From a virus (taxonomy: Duplodnaviria; Caudoviricetes), in the IMG/VR virus record IMGVR_UViG_3300044260_000023, positions 1 to 33,685 of that record: a stretch of 33,685 bases of DNA; one strand, given 5' to 3'. Under the pieces are notes generated by a model. The model made no database searches. It saw nothing but the letters and a program-made list of their open reading frames with translations, and had not been told where the DNA came from. How positions within the stretch are numbered: position 1 is the stretch's first letter; every line of letters begins with the position of its first letter. Both the position numbers and the translations under genes were made by a program. Shown here in pieces: positions 26,615-33,685 of this stretch.

Positions 26615-27183
26615 AGTACATCACCTTATTGTTAGTGCTCTTCATGGTGGCGTGTGTGCCGGTAACCCCGGCACCCGTCACTCCCACTGTCACCAGCGTA
26701 CCACCCACCATCGCTCCCGTTACACCATCTGGTGACAGCCAGTTCCTACCAGACCCGGTAATGACACCGGGTGAATTGAACCCGGCAGTCTCACAGGACA
26801 CCATACAGAACACCATCTGTGTGCCGGGATACTCGGGCAGCATCCGACCCCCTGTGAGCTACACGGATGCCCTGAAGGTCAAGCAGATAGCCTTGTATGG
26901 GTACACAGACACAAACACAGCAGATTACGAAGAAGACCATTTCATTCCGCTGTCGGTCGGCGGCAACCCCACTGACCCGAAGAACCTGTGGCCGCAGCCC
27001 CGCAACACATCACCATACAATGCCGCAGTGAAGGACACGCTTGAGTACACGCTGTACAAGGACGTTTGCGCTGGCACGGTCACTCTGGCCGATGCACAGC
27101 AAGCCATTGTCACGGATTGGGTGCAAGCCTATCGCACCTATGTCAGCGGCAACTTGGGTATCTCACTAACACCGGAGCCATAA
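26611..27183 (+). CDS. Lipoprotein with HNH-like nuclease domain
   Basis: Signal peptide with lipobox MVAC, Pro/Thr linker, YEEDHFIPLSVGG....NLWPQP...KD.LE. Confidence 0.75.
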   Translation: MKYITLLLVLFMVACVPVTPAPVTPTVTSVPPTIAPVTPSGDSQFLPDPVMTPGELNPAVSQDTIQNTICVPGYSGSIRPPVSYTDALKVKQIALYGYTDTNTADYEEDHFIPLSVGGNPTDPKNLWPQPRNTSPYNAAVKDTLEYTLYKDVCAGTVTLADAQQAIVTDWVQAYRTYVSGNLGISLTPEP

Positions 27184-27186
27184 ACT

Positions 27187-27963
27187 ATGTCAACTGGTTT
27201 TGACCGTTCTCGCATTATCCTGAACCGCAAGCGTGGGTATGCCAACTACTTTGGCGACTACCTGATGCGTGACTTCATCACGCCCGCTATGCGTGCTCGG
27301 GCCGCACAGGTTACGGCGCAGGTCTGGAATGTGCCGAGTGTGCTCGACCAAGGTGCCACCCCCCACTGTGTGGGCTATGCATGGGCTACCTACGGTATTG
27401 CGTTTCCTGTCCCTGATGCATGGGACAACAGCATGGGCGAGAAGATTTACTATGCCGCCAAGGTGATTGATGGTGAGCCGGGTCAGGAAGATGGCTCTAC
27501 CACACAGTCTGGCGTGCAAGCCTTCATGCAATTCAGCCAACTGCAAAACAACAGCTATGCCTTTGCCACCAACCTACAGGACATCATCACGTGGGTTCTG
27601 GCGAATGGCCCGGTCGTTGTGGGCACCAACTGGTACAACAATATGTTCAACCCCAGCAGCAGCGGTCTGGTGACCATTGCCCCGAACGATACGGTGGCTG
27701 GTGGTCATGAGTACACGGTCAACGGCGTGGACACCATCGCTGGCCTGTTCTACCTGACGAATAGCTGGGGCACGTCATGGGCCAATGGCGGGCACTTCCT
27801 GATGGACTTCGCTACGTTCCAGCGGCTCCAGACCGAAGGTGGAGATTGCTGCACGGCGTCTGAAGTTACCGGGCAACCCACACCCACTCCGACCCCGACC
27901 CCCACTCCGGTACCCGTACCCCCGGCACCGGGCTGCTCACCTATCAGCAAACTCTTCCGATAG
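27187..27963 (+). CDS. Papain-like (C1) cysteine peptidase
   Basis: DQGATPHCVG (Gln/Cys), GGHE (His), NSWG (Asn); C-terminal (PT)n tail. Confidence 0.88.
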   Translation: MSTGFDRSRIILNRKRGYANYFGDYLMRDFITPAMRARAAQVTAQVWNVPSVLDQGATPHCVGYAWATYGIAFPVPDAWDNSMGEKIYYAAKVIDGEPGQEDGSTTQSGVQAFMQFSQLQNNSYAFATNLQDIITWVLANGPVVVGTNWYNNMFNPSSSGLVTIAPNDTVAGGHEYTVNGVDTIAGLFYLTNSWGTSWANGGHFLMDFATFQRLQTEGGDCCTASEVTGQPTPTPTPTPTPVPVPPAPGCSPISKLFR

Positions 27964-28017
27964 TCTTAGCTGGTACTAATACAGAACAGAAGATATGAAT
28001 TTATACTGGAGCCTATA

Positions 28018-28269
28018 ATGATGCCTAATCGGAGTGCCCCACCGCAGGATGTACGGGATTTAGTGGATGAGTACCACAAGAATCCAAAGACCCGTGAGCT
28101 AGTTATCAACGACAACCTGTTCATCCTGTATGAGCTTACTATCACCCCGCCAGAGAAAGAAGGTGACCCTACTCTGGTATCTCTTGGTAAGCAGCTAAAG
28201 CGTGCGTACTGGCGGGATGCGACCGGGCTGACCCCGGAACAAGTCAAATCCATACTCGGCATCAGATAG
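28018..28269 (+). CDS. Hypothetical protein
   Basis: GGAG RBS; co-oriented. Confidence 0.6.
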   Translation: MMPNRSAPPQDVRDLVDEYHKNPKTRELVINDNLFILYELTITPPEKEGDPTLVSLGKQLKRAYWRDATGLTPEQVKSILGIR

Positions 28270-28276
28270 GAGACCT

Positions 28277-28462
28277 ATGGAAGAGCAAAACAAGTTCTTA
28301 GAGATGGCAGAGCACATCGTGGCTCTGGAGCGTGCACTGAATGAGACCATGCATGAAGCCACGGACTTGGGCTGGACACCGGTAGTGTTCGTCACTCCCC
28401 GGCCCGATGGCACCCAGCATGTGCACATCCACATAGACAATCCGACCCCGACCAGTGATTGA
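28277..28462 (+). CDS. Hypothetical protein
   Basis: AGGAG RBS. Confidence 0.6.
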   Translation: MEEQNKFLEMAEHIVALERALNETMHEATDLGWTPVVFVTPRPDGTQHVHIHIDNPTPTSD

Positions 28463-28775
28463 CCCAGACGACCCCCAGCAAGTGGAAGATGCGGTCACGG
28501 AAATTCAGACCGAATATGCCAAGCATATGTTTTTTGAGATTCGGGATGCTGCTGGGTTCGTTGCCGACGAGATAATCGTGTCTGTGACCTATCCCCGGTC
28601 GGATGGGACGCCTCACTCGGTGGAAATTCACCTGAAGGTGGACAAGGCCGAATTCGAAGAGGTTTTCCTTGACATGGCGAAGAGGAGGTTGATTGAAGAT
28701 GCAAAACGACACCTTGGACTCGACGCTGATGACATCGGCCCCGTGCCAGACGACCCCGACGACGCCCCTGAGTAA
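28455..28775 (+). CDS. Acidic hypothetical protein
   Basis: Overlaps the upstream stop; D/E-rich. Confidence 0.6.
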   Translation: MIDPDDPQQVEDAVTEIQTEYAKHMFFEIRDAAGFVADEIIVSVTYPRSDGTPHSVEIHLKVDKAEFEEVFLDMAKRRLIEDAKRHLGLDADDIGPVPDDPDDAPE

Positions 28776-28938
28776 GCGAATCAAGGACGCAGAGCAGGAC
28801 GTGATGTATGCAGACATGCAAGTTCTGCTGGACATCAGCAGCCTGAAACGGTCGATTCGGAGCCGTGCGGAAAAGAAGAAGAAATTAGAAGATTTACAGA
28901 AAGAACGGGATGAAAAGAAGAGTTCTAGGAAAAAGTAG
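28729..28938 (+). CDS. Small basic coiled-coil hypothetical protein
   Basis: Lys-rich ORF filling the gap; start uncertain. Confidence 0.4.
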   Translation: MTSAPCQTTPTTPLSKRIKDAEQDVMYADMQVLLDISSLKRSIRSRAEKKKKLEDLQKERDEKKSSRKK

Positions 28939-29078
28939 GAAGTTTTGGAACGTTTTGGGAAGTTTTGGAGCCTGTATAGAACTACCGTAAAACGTTCTGA
29001 TTTACAGGTAAAACGTTTCAGAACTTCCAGAACGTTCTATCCAGAACCCCCAGAACGTTTCAGTCGTCACCAGAACCT
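28938..29078. repeat. Array of degenerate RRAACGTTYY / CCAGAAC repeats
   Basis: GGAAGTTTTGG x2, GTAAAACGTT x2, CCAGAAC x4 and five AACGTT palindromes in about 140 nt of non-coding DNA. Confidence 0.75.
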
Positions 29079-29093
29079 ATAGGAGCTTACAAA

Positions 29094-29288
29094 ATGAGAA
29101 TGACCAAGAGAAAATTCATTGAGTTAGTCGCCCTGACCGTATTTGAAGTCTTGGCCCTTGCCGTGTGTGGCATCGCCTACACCGAGACCCACCTGTTCAT
29201 CTGGCGATTGCTGGGAGTGCTGCTGGCCTTCTTCTTGGGGTTCACCGGCAGTGCCGTGGTTGACCAGATTGTGCACAGGCGCAGGTGA
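29094..29288 (+). CDS. Small membrane protein (2 TM)
   Basis: AGGAG RBS; two hydrophobic helices. Confidence 0.65.
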   Translation: MRMTKRKFIELVALTVFEVLALAVCGIAYTETHLFIWRLLGVLLAFFLGFTGSAVVDQIVHRRR

Positions 29289-29457
29289 GACTTCCAGAGC
29301 TAGACCGATTTGCTTGGTGGCTGGTGGCACTTCTCGGGGCTACCATGGCAACGGTCGGTGGTGCCTTCTTCCAACCTTCTAATCCACTTCTCATCATACT
29401 TGGCGTAAGTGTGTGTATACTCGGTACAATCCATTACACAAAAGAATAGAGGACAGC

Positions 29458-29856
29458 ATGGCAACTAAAAAGCAAGCAATCCCGGCACCCATCATTCGAC
29501 AGTCCATCAGCATGAAGACGCTCCGCAGTCTTGGAGCCTGTTTCACCCACCGGGTCATGTTCCACCGGACGTTCGGCCCTGAGCAGGTGGTTCCCTTGGA
29601 TGAACAGACGTGGTTCACCGGCAAGGTGCCCATCACCGTGGAAAATCTGGTGAAGGCTGACGATGCGGGCCTGAGCTTGGAATGGCTCATGCTTCAGGTG
29701 CTCACGGACGACGACCACTTTGAGTACGAGAATAAGGCCCGTGCGCTGCACCGCAGGTACCTGCACAGTCCACAAACGCACGAACGCTACGTGCTGGCCC
29801 TGTCCAAGCTGCGCTACAAGTACCTGACCACCAAGTGGCACCCGAGGCGGCGATAA
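29458..29856 (+). CDS. Hypothetical protein
   Basis: GAGGA RBS before ATG 29458. Confidence 0.65.
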   Translation: MATKKQAIPAPIIRQSISMKTLRSLGACFTHRVMFHRTFGPEQVVPLDEQTWFTGKVPITVENLVKADDAGLSLEWLMLQVLTDDDHFEYENKARALHRRYLHSPQTHERYVLALSKLRYKYLTTKWHPRRR

Positions 29857-29857
29857 C

Positions 29858-30064
29858 ATGGGATGCCAAGTGCGGGTTGGCGGGCTGACGTTCCTGACCA
29901 TTGTGTTTGCCGTGTTGAAACTGACCGGCGTCATTCACTGGTCGTGGTGGTGGGTCACAGCACCCATCTGGGGCTACATCCTGTTCCTGTTCGCCCTGTT
30001 CCTGATAGGTCTGGTTCTCGGGGCACTACAGGCGATTTCGGAGCACAACAGCAAATGGCGATGA
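29858..30064 (+). CDS. Small membrane protein (LKLTGVI.WSWWWV.APIW family)
   Basis: Motif common in small phage membrane proteins. Confidence 0.75.
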   Translation: MGCQVRVGGLTFLTIVFAVLKLTGVIHWSWWWVTAPIWGYILFLFALFLIGLVLGALQAISEHNSKWR

Positions 30065-30189
30065 TATTGCGGTTACTGCACTCTCCAGAGTTCTGGACGG
30101 GCGTTTCGGTCGGCGTGGCGATGACCCTGTTATTCGTGCTCGTCGGGTACGGGGTCGTTGCCAACATTATCTTCCCAAAGGATTTATGA
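30061..30189 (+). CDS. Single-TM microprotein
   Basis: ATGA-coupled at both ends; MILRLLHSPEFWTG... Confidence 0.55.
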   Translation: MILRLLHSPEFWTGVSVGVAMTLLFVLVGYGVVANIIFPKDL

Positions 30190-30407
30190 TGATAGCGAGA
30201 ATACGGTTGGCGAACAATTGGCGGCAGGTGATACAGGTGACCGCAGTGGAGCTTGACCCGGAGACCCAGAACATCTTTGTCACTCTGGTCAACGGCAAGC
30301 GTGTGGCACTCATCAACGACAGCGTGGTGTCCGTGATGGATGGCGGCAAGGAAGTGGAGTACTTCGAAGGCAAGGCGTTTGTTCCCCCAGCGGAAGGTGC
30401 CGAATGA
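30186..30407 (+). CDS. Hypothetical protein
   Basis: ATGA-coupled at both ends. Confidence 0.6.
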   Translation: MMIARIRLANNWRQVIQVTAVELDPETQNIFVTLVNGKRVALINDSVVSVMDGGKEVEYFEGKAFVPPAEGAE

Positions 30408-30574
30408 AGAAGTATCTGCGACGGTATCCGGTTGGATTTCTGGGGGCTGCGTTGTGGGGGATATCGTGGGTCTTCGGTCTCGGGATGAACAACCATCTGG
30501 GTGGGGTGCTCATGCTCATTACAGGTGGGTTGGGATATCTGCTGATGTTTGGTTCGCTGCTATTGCCAGTGTAA
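30404..30574 (+). CDS. Small 2-TM membrane protein (56 aa, not in ORF track)
   Basis: MKKYLRRYPVGFLGAALWGISWVFGLG...LLLPV*; ATGA overlap. Confidence 0.6.
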   Translation: MKKYLRRYPVGFLGAALWGISWVFGLGMNNHLGGVLMLITGGLGYLLMFGSLLLPV

Positions 30575-30646
30575 CGGGGGAGTAGATGTTGGGGGGCAAG
30601 GTTGTAAATTCCAGATTATTTTATATGGTCATTGGGGCTTGGTCGT

Positions 30647-30660
30647 AGAACACCTGTTCG
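30647..30660. promoter_or_regulatory. Candidate LexA (SOS/Cheo) box
   Basis: AGAAC-ACCT-GTTCG matches GAAC-N4-GTTC; intergenic. Confidence 0.45.
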
Positions 30661-30742
30661 GATACACGAAATATGAGAGCCAGATTAATACACATTAGCT
30701 GAACCTTAGAACCTTAACAAATGAGAATTAGATTAGAGCCTA

Positions 30743-30770
30743 TTGCATTTCATTGTATAGCTGCTATACT
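30743..30770 (+). promoter_or_regulatory. Promoter for the right-hand (early-like) region
   Basis: TTGCAT-N16-TATACT with extended -10 (TG-C-TATACT). Confidence 0.5.
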
Positions 30771-31123
30771 GTATATGCAATTGAATACAGCTCAACGCAC
30801 TGGGGGCACACACCATAGTACCATCACACGCAACAGGTACAATTTGAGCCGAGGTTCAATAGATACACTAGGCACGGTTTCACTCATATCGACTCGCACA
30901 TTTACAACTTATCAGAGCACAATAGAACATAGGAATCGGACTATGTATCATCACATCGTGTGCATACAATCGAGGGCACTGAATCATATGTGAGTGTGAT
31001 TGTATGTTGAGTGTGATAGCCGTATATAATCCAATGTTCAGAATTGTGAAACGTTACCACTAATAACAAACATGCAATGCCATAACACTACATGACACAT
31101 AGATTCATGTATATGTTATGCAT

Positions 31124-31206
31124 TGCTTATAGTGCATCTGTTGACACTGAATCAATGTGTGCACTATAAGCAGTGAATCGCACTGCACACACACACATTC
31201 TGGAGG
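31124..31206 (+). repeat. Intergenic unit 1: hairpin + (CA)n + CTGGAGG
   Basis: TGCTTATAGTGCA/TGCACTATAAGCA arms enclosing TTGACA-N18-TATAAG; CACACACACACATTCTGGAGG. Confidence 0.7.
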
Positions 31207-31211
31207 ATATG

Positions 31212-31352
31212 ATGAAACACGAAAATTATGTACCGCTGTATATTGCTGTTGGTGTCATCTACTATGCGATGTGTCATCTTGCACACGTGAATCCAATGGT
31301 GCCCGTGCATGCTATCATGCATCTGGTATACGTTGCGATTCAATCATTATAG
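31212..31352 (+). CDS. Hydrophobic microprotein (46 aa, not in ORF track)
   Basis: GGAGG RBS; MKHENYVPLYIAVGVIYY...IQSL*. Confidence 0.55.
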   Translation: MKHENYVPLYIAVGVIYYAMCHLAHVNPMVPVHAIMHLVYVAIQSL

Positions 31353-31426
31353 TGTGCACTGTAGATGATAAGCTGGGCACTGCCCGAATCAATCCATGCT
31401 AGACAAACATACTATAGGAGTCAATC

Positions 31427-31705
31427 ATGATATACACTCGCAAGCAATTTATGCAAGTTGTGCGCAAGCTGGGCACATCCTACGAAGTAGATAACAACGG
31501 AGTCACCATGCATTGCATCACACACGAATCCGCTGTGATGGTATGCACTGGACTCGCTGTTATGTCTAACGTGCGTGCATCTGTTGTGCATGGCATTGAC
31601 GTACATGTTCCGTTTAATTCAAGCGGGCACACTATCAGAGCACAGCGGGCACAATTCGACTCCGTCAACATTATCCGGATTCACACTATGGGAGATTCGT
31701 TATGA
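31427..31705 (+). CDS. Hypothetical protein
   Basis: TAGGAG RBS. Confidence 0.65.
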   Translation: MIYTRKQFMQVVRKLGTSYEVDNNGVTMHCITHESAVMVCTGLAVMSNVRASVVHGIDVHVPFNSSGHTIRAQRAQFDSVNIIRIHTMGDSL

Positions 31706-31812
31706 AACACAATGTTCGTAAGTTGCTGGGATTCGTCGTTGTTGCTGTAGTATTCACACTGGCATTCTGGAGTGTGATAGGTGTCATCGGATTCGGCATT
31801 CTAGGCAATTGA
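31702..31812 (+). CDS. Single-TM microprotein (36 aa, not in ORF track)
   Basis: ATGA overlap, GGAG RBS; MKHNVRKLLGFVVVAVVFTLAFWSVIGVIGFGILGN*. Confidence 0.6.
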   Translation: MKHNVRKLLGFVVVAVVFTLAFWSVIGVIGFGILGN

Positions 31813-31817
31813 TTGAA

Positions 31818-31906
31818 TCGTGCTACTCTTGCACACGTTGATTCAGAATCAATGTGTGCAAGCGAGTCGAGTCAATCCGGAGTCGACTGTATACACACAC
31901 TGGAGG
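31818..31906 (+). repeat. Intergenic unit 2: double hairpin + (CA)n + CTGGAGG
   Basis: TCGTGCTAC, 17-bp arms 31828-31862, GAGTCGAGTCAAT...TCGACT, ACACACACTGGAGG. Confidence 0.75.
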
Positions 31907-31913
31907 TTATAGA

Positions 31914-32270
31914 ATGTCTACCACATACCACAAGCTGGACTCGAATATCACCAACATAATTTTGACTCATGTTGGTGAGTCGAATGGCGAGTCAATTGTG
32001 CACATTCGAATCGAGGGACTCGCCTGCACTGTTGATGCAACGATTCCAGATGATAAGCGATTCGATTTTCTTGCCATGTGGATTGAAATGGATTCATATG
32101 TGACTCGCTATGCATCGGGGAATGGTCGCATGGCATTGCAATATTCATTGCATGCACAGATGACAAGGAACGCACTGCCCGAGTCATGGTTTATTGATGA
32201 ATTCGGATATCCGCATCAATACGGATTCATCCTGTTATCTGTGCAAGAGAATCGAGTGAATTTAGCTTGA
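31914..32270 (+). CDS. Hypothetical protein
   Basis: GGAGG RBS before ATG 31914. Confidence 0.7.
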   Translation: MSTTYHKLDSNITNIILTHVGESNGESIVHIRIEGLACTVDATIPDDKRFDFLAMWIEMDSYVTRYASGNGRMALQYSLHAQMTRNALPESWFIDEFGYPHQYGFILLSVQENRVNLA

Positions 32271-32271
32271 G

Positions 32272-32357
32272 TCGTGCTACATGTGCACATGTGAATTCAC
32301 GTGTGCACATGAGTCGAGTCAATTCTGAATTCGACTATATCACACACACACTGGAGG
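32272..32357 (+). repeat. Intergenic unit 3: double hairpin + (CA)n + CTGGAGG
   Basis: TCGTGCTAC, 32-nt near-palindrome 32280-32311, GAGTCGAGTCAAT...TCGACT, CACACACACACTGGAGG. Confidence 0.75.
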
Positions 32358-32365
32358 ATTATAAA

Positions 32366-33196
32366 ATGTTAGACGTTATGCAAGATGAAGAGTCAAGGAT
32401 TCATGCACTGTATCACGTGAATACCAACGTGCGCACACATGAATTCGATTATCTGAAGGTGCACCATGCAAAGAGATTCGGAGTCAATGTTCTGAATTTC
32501 AAGCACAGTGCAAACAACGATAAAATGCAAGCATTGAGTCAAGCGAAGAGTCGAGTCGTCACAACGACTGACATTCTAGCGGGCACAACATGCCCGCAAG
32601 CTGGGGATTGTAAGGCACGAGTCAATCCGGATACGATGCGACTCCAGATATACGACTCCACTAAGTATATATGCTACATGGCGAAAATTGAGTCGCAACG
32701 TCGCAACGTGTACGATGCACACAAGTACAATACAGATAAGATTCTGGAGTTGTTGCGCACACATGGCGAGTCATATGTTGCGACTCTGATATCAGATGAT
32801 TTGCAACGTCTGGGCACTGGAATTCATCGGATACATTCTGGGGGTGATATGTTCCGACCGGATTACACCAGAACATGGATTCGAGTCGCTGAAATGAATC
32901 CGGATATTCTATTTTTCGGATACACTAAGAATCACGTCGCATACGATATGCTAAACAACGTGCACTATAGCAACTTAGGATTTGCTTTTAGCTGGGGGAG
33001 TCGTCACGACTCCATGGTTCGTGATTCTGACGTTGTTGCATACGTTGCAACGACTCCAGATGAAATTGAGTCATTCGAATCCGCCGGAATTCCGGTTATC
33101 TGTCGCAATGATGAACATTCGAATCCATTCAAGTACTCGGAGGATTTTGACTATATCATGGGGATTCGGCATTCGTTTGCACTGGAGGTGCACTAA
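32366..33196 (+). CDS. Gp88-family (radical-SAM-like) phage protein
   Basis: AGTTCPQAGDC...CYMAK, RIHSGGD, W...A...P...FFGYTK; GGAGG RBS before ATG 32366. Confidence 0.75.
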   Translation: MLDVMQDEESRIHALYHVNTNVRTHEFDYLKVHHAKRFGVNVLNFKHSANNDKMQALSQAKSRVVTTTDILAGTTCPQAGDCKARVNPDTMRLQIYDSTKYICYMAKIESQRRNVYDAHKYNTDKILELLRTHGESYVATLISDDLQRLGTGIHRIHSGGDMFRPDYTRTWIRVAEMNPDILFFGYTKNHVAYDMLNNVHYSNLGFAFSWGSRHDSMVRDSDVVAYVATTPDEIESFESAGIPVICRNDEHSNPFKYSEDFDYIMGIRHSFALEVH

Positions 33197-33213
33197 CATT
33201 CTGTATTGTGCAT

Positions 33214-33286
33214 TGGTGCCATGTGTGCGATACATGGCACCATAGCAGAGTCTAGAATGTCAACATACCAGACTCCAGACTGGAGG
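33214..33286 (+). repeat. Intergenic unit 4: hairpin + ACTGGAGG
   Basis: TGGTGCCATGT-N7-ACATGGCACCA perfect 11-bp stem, later ACTGGAGG. Confidence 0.6.
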
Positions 33287-33478
33287 CATGCACACACATA
33301 CATACCATGGGCGCATGCGTGCACGCACGCAGGAGGCGCACGCACGCCAGAGCAGCCGGGGCCAACCCTTACGCAGAGTCGTAGGTCGGGCGCATTTACG
33401 GCGCATACGGGGCACCTGATTGCGGGCACCCTGTGACGCCACATATTGAGTCTGAATCATGATACTGGAGGAATCAAA

Positions 33479-33685
33479 ATGGAACAGGTCACCTATTACG
33501 AATACGAATGGCATGAAATGGAAAAGCTAATCATTGACTCACTGCGCAACGGAGTCGATGGTGATGTAACGCATGCACAGGAATTTTCCATAGTGGCTCT
33601 GGAAGAGTGGAATAATGACTCTGACCATGCGTTCGATGTGTCGCAGAAGTATGTAGACAATCCCGTGTTCTTTGGTGATGATGAT
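33479..33685 (+). CDS. Highly acidic hypothetical protein (truncated by window edge)
   Basis: CTGGAGG RBS; MEQVTYYEYEWHEMEKLIID...FFGDDD, open to the end of the window. Confidence 0.7.
   Translation, partial: MEQVTYYEYEWHEMEKLIIDSLRNGVDGDVTHAQEFSIVALEEWNNDSDHAFDVSQKYVDNPVFFGDDD

Noticed and set aside
27876-27930. C-rich tandem DNA repeats (also near 25810 and 26040)
   Set aside because: Explained by Pro/Thr linker codons.
28938-29078. CRISPR array or mini-array
   Set aside because: Repeats are about 10 nt, degenerate and irregularly spaced, with no unique spacers of constant length and no cas genes.
30721-30993. 90-aa ORF in the ORF track
   Set aside because: No RBS, overlaps promoter and hairpin elements, and the composition is not protein-like; probably non-coding leader.
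31124-33286. Integron attC cassette array
   Set aside because: I could not identify conserved RYYYAAC/GTTRRRY ends, and no integron integrase is in the window; the wobble pattern fits RNA hairpins better.
33288-33419. Arg-rich 43-aa ORF after CTGGAGG
   Set aside because: The SD lies only 1 nt from the ATG and the sequence is low-complexity (GCAC repeats); not supportable as a gene.

Overview
This window is part of a tailed dsDNA phage genome; no host genes, tRNAs or integrase are visible. The host is probably monoderm-type (possibly Chloroflexota), inferred from a GAAC-N4-GTTC box, a GH25 lysin and a Pro/Thr-rich lipoprotein. Positions 1-21.8 kb run on the minus strand. In transcription order they hold nuclease and hypothetical genes, the head module (probable TerS, TerL, portal, ChaB-protease-scaffold fusion, major capsid protein), a structured RNA leader, an SPFH protein and ferritin. 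They end in an ~8 kb nucleotide-sugar/glycosylation cluster (RfbF, RfbG-like, RfbH, two RmlD-like reductases, two glycosyltransferases, a methyltransferase) interrupted by two free-standing endonuclease genes. Positions 22-30.6 kb run on the plus strand: membrane proteins, a HAD nucleotidase, an HExxH protein, GH25 lysin, an HNH-like lipoprotein, a papain-like peptidase, small ORFs and an AACGTT repeat array. From ~30.6 kb the sequence character changes sharply: it becomes very GANTC-rich, with small genes separated by recurring hairpin/(CA)n/CTGGAGG units, probably an early region. The best leads are a ~90-nt pseudoknotted RNA resembling a miniaturised raiA motif, the phage-borne 3,6-dideoxysugar pathway, and the GANTC-saturated hairpin-cassette region. 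All calls come from motif recognition by eye; no searches were run.
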